Positions 50,126 to 61,574 of a DNA stretch of 64,000 bases are shown here, one piece after another; positions within the stretch are counted from its first letter, which is position 1, and every line of letters begins with the position of its first letter. The translations under genes were made by a program, and so were the position numbers. The stretch covers positions 9,362,001 to 9,426,000 of the forward strand of contig NW_025766002.1 of the NCBI RefSeq assembly GCF_003918875.1. Direction: 5' to 3'. Under the pieces are notes generated by a model. The model ran no database searches. It had not been told where the DNA came from and was given only the letters and a program-made list of their open reading frames with translations. The DNA is from Haliotis rubra. Lineage: Eukaryota.

Positions 50126-51055
50126 ATTAAGTATCCTGCTAAGCATGGTCACCATTAACTAGATTCAGCTTCATTTGAAATCAATACCATAACAGAATCT
50201 GCATTTCATCAATAAAAATTAGAAAGCTTCCAATATCTTCCCAACATCCAATCCTTTTTGGTAATAAAATGTATAACATAAAACTAGTCATGCAATCAGT
50301 GAGGCCTTGTCCAGTATATCTTGACAAGCACTCTCCAGTGTCATCTGAAGGAGGTGAGAAAGGTTCTAATTAATCACCCCACAGACGATCTGGTCTAATA
50401 ATCAAGAGATGTCGGAAATCAAATATTCCTCTCAGGCTGAATCAGGATGAGTCTTGATCGCCTTCAATGTACCCATCCCGCTGCATAAAACATGAAAATA
50501 TCTTTTGATCCCGAAGGGGCCTCCTAATCAAGGATTCAGCTCCAAATGATCTCAACCAGCTCCATGAGTGTCATATCCCATATAGGAGTGAGGAGAGGGA
50601 TTCCGTCCAGGAGAAATCTGGCATACCACAACCATGCATTCCATTGATTGTGATTCTCGATGAGGAACTGGCCTTCAGTTTAGACTAATATCAAAGTTGA
50701 ATGTCTTGATGCTTTCAACTCGAGTGGTCTTGAGAGTTTTGACAGACAAACATACACCTCCTCACCGTCCCTCAGGAAAAACTTTCATGCATGTGACCTT
50801 GCTGGTAAAACCTACTCAGTCAGTTGACATATTATCTTGAGTAGGATAGTATCTACTTCGATTCAAGTTTTTCAGAGAAAACATTGGCTTACATGGTCGG
50901 CAGAAGTAAAACACTGACAGTCTGTGTACATTGGCCCTAACACTGATCCGGGTCTCAGCTAGGCATGTGGTCGACAGCATGAGCATGATATATGCTCAGA
51001 GGGCATGATACATCAAATTAACCAAATAACAATCCTATCATCTCTGGCATCTTTG

Positions 51056-51212
51056 GGGCTTATGGGTAGCCTAGTGGTTAAAGCTGCTCGTCACACCAAG
51101 ACCTCGAGTTCAATTCTCCACATGAGTACAACGCAGGAGGCCCATTTCTGGTTTCCCCGCCATGATATTGTTGGAATATTGCTAAAAGTGGCGAAAAACA
51201 TACTCACTCACA
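51056..51212 (+). mobile_element. SINE family 1
   Basis: Family motifs; flanking ctggcatcttt duplication. Confidence 0.85.
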
Positions 51213-51590
51213 CTGGCATCTTTATAACAGCATTAGGTCTGGAGCCACTTTTAAATCCCTAGGGAATTTATAATAACATAACTTATCATATCCTGGGAAA
51301 TTACTCCTTGTTGACATGTAGTCCCTCATGGCTTCCATCAGCAAGTGATTTATGCTCAGTGGTTGTCTTAACTATAATGACTAGATAATTATGACTGTAA
51401 CGCCAAGGATAAAAGGCTCATCGTAATAACCTAGCCCCAGGCCTTGTTCCACAAAACAATCATAGCATGACATTCGTAAGTCTGTGCTAAAATATGGGAA
51501 TTTGGTCACTGTTGTGTAATGGTCACATGTAGTGCTTTGTCGAATGGACTGCCTCAGTGCTAATGTATTCTGATTTCTGTACCTTAGTGT

Positions 51591-51742
51591 AGTGAGTGAG
51601 TTTAGTTTTACCGCTTTTAGCAATATATTCCAGCAATATCACGCAGCGGGACACCAGAAATTGACTTGACACATTGTGTGGAATCAAACCCTGTTCTTCA
51701 TCGTGACAAGCTAACACTTAAACCACTAGGCTACACCACCGC
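51591..51742 (-). mobile_element. SINE family 1
   Basis: Family reverse complement. Confidence 0.85.
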
Positions 51743-52884
51743 CTCTGTACCTACTGTAACTACAAGAAAAACTCTTCAGCAGCATCAGAGAGTGATCAGT
51801 GACAAATATTCCAGCAGCTTACGCCGCAAGAACAGTTTACTTACATCAGATTTTTTCTCCCAGTGGTAATATCATAAGTATAATCATTTGAGTCTATGGA
51901 ATAAAATCCATGAAAATTGAAACATTTTCTAGTAAAAGAGGCAACAGTGTTTCAACCAATACCAATACTAAGTTTGCTGTAGTTCCAGCAGAAGGGGCAC
52001 AAATTGTTTTGGTGCCTATATTTGAACCTTTTCCTAAAATAATTCCTCTGAAATTAGTTAAATGTAAGAAAAACTTCAGAGGTGATTCCACTGATCAACT
52101 TTTTGTAGCCCAGACTGATGGTTTCAGTAAACATCACTGTCAGTGCGTTTCTGCTTAACCGTTATCTTAAAATATACCCCATAAAATTACCGGGTTGTAA
52201 GAAATTAAGAGAAAAAGGTTGATTCCAACTAACAATTAATCAGTTTATCATGGCTTAAACAGACGAAAACGGTCAAACATGGCACAACTGTTCCAATGCT
52301 GATAATCAATCAAGGACTAGTGATAATAAAAGTTCAGGAAAATGGAACCTGTTCTTGCCTCCAGGAATGGTAAGCAGATGGTTCCAGTATGGCAGAATAT
52401 TCAGTTTATAATGTCAAATTATTAGCCTGTGAAGTGATAAACACACGCGTTATCTCAGGTGAATGAGCCCTCCATTCCAGAAGCATAGGTTGCCGATGTT
52501 GGTTGCCATGTCGAACCACGCTGCTGTCCCTCACATGCTGCCTTCGCAAGGTAATGTCAGACATATGAAAGGAAACACCCTTTCATGCTTCCAAATTCAT
52601 CCAACGATTAATGTAGTATGCGGTCTCGACCTCGTTTCTGGGCTGGGATTTGTATAGTAAAGCTACCTCCTTGTCAGCTGGTCCCTCCTTGCCCTGCCCA
52701 TTGCATGCTGTGGCTGATTTGCTGTACATCAATATTCAGCTGGTATTGTTTTGCACACAGCAGTGTTGTATAACGCATAGAGCTCGGAGAGGTCAGGATA
52801 CCACCCTCCAGCTGCCAATAAAGTCATGATATTAACACTGTGATAACAGCAGTGTCCGCTGTGCCACCCTTCTCTACTCCAACA

Positions 52885-53235
52885 CACTCTACCTTGCTCC
52901 ATGACACTCTACCATACTATCCCACCCAAACCCACTCTACTACCTTGCTCCATGACACTCGACCATACTATCCCACCCAAACCCACTCTACCTTGCTCCA
53001 TGACACTCTCTACTATGCCCCACCCTACTCCGGCCCAACCCGGCTTCTACCTTGCTCCATGACGCCTACCATACCACCCCGACACTACCTTGCTCCATGA
53101 CGCCTACCATACCACACTCCGACCCTACCTTGCTCCATGACGCTTCTACCATACCACCCCACTGTACCTTGCTCCATGATGCTCTCTACCATACCACCCC
53201 CCACTTCTACCTTGTTCCATGACGCTTCTATCATA
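52885..53235. repeat. C-rich minisatellite of about 39-48 bp (taccttgctccatgac)
   Basis: Tandem periodicity. Confidence 0.88.
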
Positions 53236-53343
53236 TTACCGTGACTTCCATACAAAACACCCTCAGGATATACCACTATATAACATCAGCTCATAGCCAT
53301 TAGGCCAGACAAAAAACCCAGAGGATGATATTAAGAGCAAAAC

Positions 53344-53857
53344 AGTCATAATGTGAGGTGCCCGCTCCCTCCCCTCCAACTCTCAGACCAGCAATAAACC
53401 TTCCCCTGTCAGCTGTGCCCCACCCACCTAGCCAGTCATAATGTGAGGTGCCTCCTCCCTCCAACTATCAGACCAGCAATAAACCTTCCCCTGTCAGCTG
53501 TGTCCCACCCACCTAGCCAGTCATAATGTGAGGTGCCCTCTCCCTTCCTCCAACTCTCAGACCAACAATAAACCTTCCCCATCTGCTGTGCCCCACCCAC
53601 CTAGCTAGTCATAATAATAAGAGGTGCCCTCTCCTCCCTCCAACTCTCAGACCACAATAAACCTTCCCTGTCAGCTGTGCCCCACCCACCTAACCAGCCA
53701 TAATGTGAGGTGCCCCTGCCTTCCCTCCAACTCTCAGACCAGCAATAAACCTTCCCCCATCAGCTGTGCCCCACCCACCTAGCCAGTCATAATGTGAGGT
53801 GCCCCTCCCCTCCCTCCAACTCTCAGACCAGCAATAAACCTTCCCCTGTCAGCTGTG
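53344..53857. repeat. minisatellite of about 88 bp, about 6 copies
   Basis: gtcataatgtgaggtgccc...ccaactctcagaccagcaataaaccttcccc repeated. Confidence 0.92.
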
Positions 53858-56553
53858 CTTCTCTCTCCCATCCTCCCAGGTGAGACCCACATGGCTCACT
53901 AAAGCTCCCAAGCACCACATGTTAAACAGACATGCTAGGCCCTACCTTACTGCTGGTTCCCTGCCAACGACATCAAGCCATCACACACATCAAAACACCA
54001 CATGATTCTGTTACTTAAAAGATATTTCAACATAAATTCTTGCCATTGTAATGCACATCAGTAATGCTTTCATGACAGGTGCTACCAACCAATATCAGTC
54101 CACAGTTATCCTGTGGAATAACAGTCCAATAATGATAAAGACGGTGATATTTACAAGAGGCAGTTTAGAACCTGTACCAAGACTACATTTCTTGCTAGAT
54201 TAATGTACCTTTAACAATACCTGTAAATTTACCTGTAATAGTACCTGCAACTTTACCTGTAAATATACCTGTAATAGTACCTGTAAATATACCTGCAATA
54301 GTAACTGTAACTATCACATTGCAAGGATGAAGAAGTTGGAATTCTTAGTCCACTTATCTGCATTAAATGAAAAAGATAATTACAATTAAAACAATAATAA
54401 AGATGTTGAAATTCTTAGTCCACTCATCTTCATTGAATGAAAAAGATAATAAAAATTAATAGGCACACAGCAATAATTCACACAAATTTTATCAATCAAC
54501 CAAAATAACATAGTACAAGTGATCAAATGATTATTAGTTTTGGAATCATAAAAATCTGATATAAGCTGATAAAAAATGGTACTAAAATTAAAAATAATCA
54601 AAAATATAAATTAAAACAAACGACTGATTCTTTCCATAGGTAGTCCATCATGACATGATGGTTTACCTGCTACAATATGACAGAATAGATATTTCTTTAA
54701 CTTATTTTGAGTAACACTTTACCTTAGGTATAAATATGTAATTAGAAAACTATATTGAGTTTCAAAATTATATATTTTTATTCAAAGGAACATTAAACTA
54801 AATTAAAATCCTTCTAATATGAAATCAGTGTACACTGTAACTTCCTTGAAACTTCTACCAAGAATTTTCATAATATTGCTTAAATAACTATATACTTCCT
54901 CAAACACATAATACTATATTTCCCACTTGTTTTCGAAATTTATCACAAATTCTACTTTCACATATGAAACCCATAACATTTTTACAAATTCAGAAACAAT
55001 ATTTCCAACAAGCAACTAAGACAAAAATGATATATGTTTCCCATTATATAATAATATAAACATACCTCAGTCCAACATTAGATCGATAAATTTTGACATT
55101 TGTTATTCTCATATTCACAATGTGAACCTAGTACGCAAAATCCCAAGCTGGGGCCATAATATGCCGATTTTACCCCTCTTGCATAAACATAAACATATTT
55201 CCGCAATGTGAGAGAAAAGCAGCGTTCAAGCCGGTGATGGTTGCAATTTCAGGAAAACTCACATAGGAATGTGTGCTGGCATGTGTCAAAACAATCGACT
55301 TCCTGTGAAAAGTAAGGTTGCTATAAACTATCAATTGTTTAAATCTGTTGCACACAGTTCAATATGAGGTTCATTATGGGTGAATTGCAGTATTTGATCA
55401 AGTTCGCATTGAACTAAATGTTCGATTCAGTTGTGCTGCGATTCAAGACGCTATTGACTAATGTGTATCTTTGAGCTTGAGTAAGTCATGAATGATAGTG
55501 GGAAATGAAATGAGGAATAGTTCCATCATTTTATTTCACTCTGATTTATCTACAATTTCCAATATAATGGTTTCTACTTATATATGACAACTTTTTCTAC
55601 TATGATTTATCTAAGTTAGCCTTATGCATACATTAGGCCTTACATTTGGACAGACTCGCTCTCTAGATTTTATATCAGTGGACCTTCAAAATTGAAAATT
55701 TAGAAGAATAAAAATATCAGAATCACAACTTACATTCTGTTGATGGTAATTATCGCTTTGACTATAAAACAATCAAAGGGATTATTATATGACTCAAACT
55801 GAAATCTTTCCAGGATTAAATTGTCATTACAAGGCAAATAATTATAGCGCCTATAAGGATACCAAACCAGGTTAATACTTCAGCTACACATTCAAATCAA
55901 ACTTTAAGATGTTAAAAAGCCCCTTTACAATGCATTTTAGAGTGACCTTACCCATCAATTTTGTTACCTAACAAAATGTGTAATAAAACACTTTTAAAAG
56001 GTCTGGAATTATTACAAAAGATAATATATTAAAATGATAATTTCTAATTGTGGGAAGGATATATTTCTTTAACATAAGCCAGACTTCTTTACTTTTCCCA
56101 TTTTCTGGCATTTATGTGAAAAAAATCCTGGTTTTCAGGAAAGTTCCTTCTTCTTCTTCAGAATACGATAAAGTTGAGTTTGGAGCATATAGTACATCAC
56201 ATAAAGTACATTTGATTGAGAATATGGAAGGAAAGCCAGGAGCAATGCTGGTCTCAAATTTCAACACCATGGTGAAAACCCAAGATCATAGGTATGTTGC
56301 TGACAAACCTAGACACTCAACTGGAGCTAACAGGAAACTGAACCCATGATCGTAGGGTTCTGGTGTACCAAGGAGGCAACTCTGCACAACAAATTGTGGC
56401 ATCTTAGACAACAGTTCCAACTGGTCCTCCAGAATGTTTATAGTGCTAGTCCACTGAAAATACCAAGCAGCAGTTTAACATGGATACCCCACTTAGACAC
56501 AGTGTGGGGACACCCTGACTCAGTTAGTCCTTGTTCTATCCCCCTTCATGCCA

Positions 56554-56718
56554 GGGGCAGTAGGGTAGCCTCTAGTGGTTAAAGCTGCTCGTCCACACGC
56601 TTGAAGACCTGGTTTCGATTCCTCACACATGGGTACAATGTGTGAAGCTCATGTCTGGTGTCCCCTCGCCGTGATATTGCTGGAATATTGTTAAAAGCGT
56701 GTAAACTATACTCACTCA
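56554..56718 (+). mobile_element. SINE family 1 nested in a decayed minus-strand family-3 copy (about 56410-56810)
   Basis: TSD ccccttcatgcca; flanks tttatagtgctagtccactga and caacaagtaccat match family 3. Confidence 0.8.
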
Positions 56719-56929
56719 CCCCTTCATGCCAACAAGTACCATCCTATAACATCTTTGGTATGACATGAATAGGGTAGAACACCAAATCTACCCTAATCAG
56801 ACAGGTGAGCTATCTACCAGATCACAGAAGCAATCCTTCAACCAGCAGATGACAAACCCACCATGTCAACCTGTCTACCTTTATTGTCTGATTACCGGTT
56901 TTGTACATGTCTTCTTTAAGACACAAGAG

Positions 56930-57202
56930 ACCCGGGAAGGTCTGGGTAGGTCCGGGTTAATGAACCTTTAAGTAACCCCTGCTTGTCCTAAGAGGCTTAA
57001 CCTAACTGGATCGTGTGGTCAGACTCACTGGCTTGGTTTGAACCTTCGACACATGTCATCGGCTCCAGGAATATTGATCTTCAGTGCGCAGATCGATGCT
57101 CATGCTGTTGATCACTGGATTGTCTGGTCCAGACTTGATTATTTACAGACCGCCATATAGTTGAATATTGCTGAGTGCTTACATAAAACTAAACTCACTC
57201 AC
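56930..57202 (+). mobile_element. SINE-like family 2
   Basis: Starts ACCCGGGAAGGTC; family body; tttaagacaca flanks. Confidence 0.85.
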
Positions 57203-59540
57203 CAATTTTAAGACACACAAAAACATTTAAATAATATTTGATTTAACTTAATACAGCCTGTTTCTCCTCTTTTAATATGACTCGGATTATGGGGACATTT
57301 CTTAAACTGTTACCATGTCTAGCCATCCAAATGAACAGACATCAACGCATAACACATGGAATAACTAAACAACTACCAAAGGGAAGTCGGTCAATTTACC
57401 GCAGGAAAATGTACAGTTTTAACCCAAATCATAATAAAGAAAGACAGGTGTTTTGCCCAATTAAACTGCTAATCACAGACTTGTTCCACATTGTTTGTTT
57501 ACCTTGTATTATGTTTTTACCAAAAGGTTTAAAAGTGTATTACTAACAACGGAATCGCTTCCATATGTCTAAAGTCTGCAACTGTGAAATGCATGTGTTT
57601 TCAAAGAAACCTCTACACTAGCATGATCTTGAAAGTCCCTAAATTTCAGACAATGCCATCTAGGTTCAACCAATCTCCAGTCAACATCCTAGCAGACATT
57701 TTCTTATAATTACAATTAATTGGACATAAACTTTCATCTGTCCGCTTTTTCCAAATTCCTATCGCCAGGTTCAGGTCTCAACATCGCTACACCTTTTTAA
57801 CCATAAGGCATATTTTCCATCATGGTCTGTTTTGAGCCGCATTTTTTTCCCTCATTAGGAAACATTAAGATGGAGTCTTTACCAAATTTATATGCCGCTT
57901 TTGTGCTGACATGCATCAGGTCAAAGAGTAATACTGCCAATTATTTCATCTGATTGGGTCTGAGTAAACATGGCTTTCTCCTTAGCTGAAGAGAGAAAAC
58001 GAATTTCAAAGAAGAACGGTGTCAGTTTAGCTGACAAGCAGTGTTCTGGGTGTACTTTGTATTTATCTGAATAATGTCTGATGTCTGCAAGTGGAGAGGT
58101 TTGTTTCCTCATGGATATTAGTTGGTTGAAATATACAAGGCCCCCATACAGGTGTTCTAGTACCTTAATCCCAGATGTATGTACATTAATTACAAATCTT
58201 GATTTTGATTTTTTTATTTCAGTGTAAATTTGAAAATAATTGTTATTTAAGAAAACAGAAATTCATAGCTCCACAAATTAAATGATATTAAGTACTGGTC
58301 AAAAAGTTAAATCTTTACGCCCACAGCAAGTAATTATCATTAATTACATTATTTTTTTTTCCAGTGTAAATAATTTGAAAATAATTATTCTCAAAAAAAT
58401 GTGTTTTTTATAGCTCCATGTGTTTTATAGCTCAATGTAAACCACTGGTCAAATTATATTAAGTTCTGGTCAAATATTCTGTAAACTGTTTAGAACTATA
58501 TTGATGGAGATTGAGCTCATCTACTTACTAGTAATACTTCACATCTCTGTTGTGAATATGTCTACTTTGATGCAAGGTCCTTTCATATGTCGGGAATATT
58601 TCTAGACAGATGAAGAGCCTACTAACCCTGTCAGCACTAACCAATGAAGAAACTCCTAACTGATGAAAAATAATTTTCTTGTTTGTTTGAAAATAGGTGA
58701 TGAAAATAAAAGACAAACTTGCTCCTTCATTGAAAATGACAGTATACTGACTCAGCATAATAAACCAAAGCTTGCAATGATTACATATCCTCTTTGAACT
58801 TAAAGGCACAATGTCACACCACACTTCTAAACATACATATAATGCATTTCTCTCAATAATACTAACTATCAACCCTCAGGAAGCTACCATATAACTTATT
58901 CCAAAACAAAAATTACCTATTAAGATTACAATATTAAATTAAAGTTCAAACTAATTAATGCAACGCTGCATTAAATCGACTCTCGCGACTTCTACCGGGT
59001 CAACATTATTTCAAGCTTAACACCATAGAGTTATGTCCCTTTGAGCTTCTTTACTTAATATCCTATGCAATAACTATAATGGAAAACACCGGCAAACACA
59101 GAGAACGATGCATGTGACAGTTTTCGATGTATGGAGAAATTCTTTACATTCATTATATGGCAAGTGTTATATGTTTGGAAGCTGTTCACTTCCAAGTTTC
59201 AGTTTATCGATTTCAGGCAAGTCATAAGGCATCAATACAAGCTAAAGTGAGTGCATATGCCCTTCTAATATATAAAATGTAAATCAGATATGACTACTAT
59301 TATAAATCAATTTTTGAGGACCAAAAGCAGTCTGTAGAAGGCGGTCGCCTTATCCATGGGCTACACTGCCGCAAACTTTTTCCCAGGGTAAGAAAACAAC
59401 ATCAGATTACTTCACGTGAACAAACAACAGAAGACAACTTTTGTCAGTAGAGACGCCAAATTTGCAATTAAACATCACTAGACAAGATTAGTTACCTTTA
59501 AGTTATAAGTTGTTTTTGCTGGGCATTGTATTATTTGCAG

Positions 59541-59975
59541 GGATTAAGATTACCGCGTGTATGTCTCAAGCCGAAATAGCAATCAGCTGTGCACACGCTT
59601 CCCGGCGAACAAGTTCAAACATGCACAATAATATAACGGATCTAATTCTGACGAGTCATCAGTAAAATATAATACAGAATACTATTATTTAACCCAAAGA
59701 AATATATCCCAGCATTGTGTAATTTTAGTTACAGTTTTTGCTCTATATATTAATTAAGATTAAGATTACCGTGTGTATTTGAGTCGAAATAGTAATCAGC
59801 TGTGCACACGCTTCCCGCCGAACAAGTTCAAACATGCACAATATTTATCAATACAATAACGGATGAAATCTGGACGCAGTCAGTCAGTAATAGTGTTAAT
59901 AAAGAGTACCATTATTTAACCCAAAGAAAATATAATCCTAGCATTACGCACTTTTGATTACAGTTTTGCTCTATA
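59541..59975. repeat. tandem duplication of about 215 bp
   Basis: gattaagattaccg...cagctgtgcacacgcttccc...ttttgctctata occurs twice. Confidence 0.9.
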
Positions 59976-61574
59976 AATGTAAAATATATATAATCAACAG
60001 GTTAGGTTATAATGGAATTTCATGAACGTGGGTAAGCGGAAGTTGCACGCATTACGGAATCGTAAAATACGGAAGCCATTTAACTTCACACATTTTTACC
60101 GATGTTACTGTAAACTAGAAGTCAATGAAAAACGAGGCAGTAATCAGTTCGTATTGTTGAATGGGGTAAATAAGCAAGCCACTTTGTTGGACATGTAATC
60201 GGCCCAGCCACTAAGTATGATATTTAGCTTAAACAAAATATATTATCCATTTTCTGGTCATCCTACACTTCATTTCCTTTGATGCGGAGTAGATGCAATA
60301 TGATTGTGAATTCTTTGAATAATGTGGACCGATGTTATAATTATTGCAACTGCAAGTTGTCTGTGGTCTGTGTTTGCCAGGATTAGGACCCCATCGTGGG
60401 GGATCGGCTTATGCACTTAAGCACACCATTTTGACACTGATTTTAAGGGCCGTTTGGGGTTGAAGGACGGCGGGGTCGCTTTATAGACGTAATAGAATGT
60501 ATACAAAATAGAAAGATATCCTGACTCTTGATGTTTCTCAAGGATCAAGAGCAAACCCGCCATGGTCCTTTTCCATATATTTTAATGTTAATGCTGTTAC
60601 ACATCATGGTTTGGGCATGTCATCTACCTTGTATACCAAAACAAACAACATTGCCTGCCATTGAGTAGCAGGTAGTGCTCGAAAGTAATCCGTGTGGAAG
60701 GTCAAGATCAGCTACATGCAAGGGGAGGATGAAGTGGCATTTACTTTGAGTTTGTATTTACTTGGGGTAAAATGATACAACTGACTCATAACACTTTACA
60801 CCCCGCCATAATTAAAAAAAAATTATTAATGAAGCTTGATGAAGAAATGAATTCATTCAGTATTCTTTTCACTATTTCTACAGCCTTTCACCCCCATAAT
60901 AGGAGATGACATGCAATAAAATCAAAAACATATATTTCATTGGACTCTGCCTGGAAGGTTATTGGTCTCTTTTTTCGACAGCAATGTGTTTTAAACTCAT
61001 GTTTAAAACCAGCCAATATTGGGAATACTTTTAAATTTTTCCTTATCCTGACTCATGCTTAATTGCTTGTCTCTTTCTTCTTGCGTAATGATAGTGGAAC
61101 ACTTGAACTCCCCTTTGAAGCTCCCTTCAAAAAGCGGACGAAAATCACTCACCCAGTGTTATCTCCCTTGTGACTCTTTTAAGTGGAAACCATGTCACAT
61201 GTAGCCCAGACATGCCCCTCACTCTCTCCTTCTTCCTTTGAGGACGGTTGTGAGAGCTCCTGGAGTCCCCTATACGGCGTTATATCCTTTAAACTTTTAG
61301 GCCTTGCTACTAAATTAGCTGTATAATGGTTTTAGGATTGATATACCAACAATATGGTTTGAAATTTGATCAAAATTATCTGTATTTGTTCACGCTTGTT
61401 GACATGTGTTTTCATCGTGGTGATTTTTATGAAATCTTGCAGTCGCAGACTCTGATTGTCATTTGCTGATCCACATTGTAATATGTCCTAATTAGTTCTT
61501 CTGTGCTTCCAGCTGTCAGTTTTGTCAGCATTTAACTGAAGTTCAATTTAATAATTATTTATATTCCATTTTAG

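Noticed and set aside
16957-53857. CRISPR-like arrays
   Set aside because: All arrays are head-to-tail repeats without unique spacers; no cas genes; eukaryotic context
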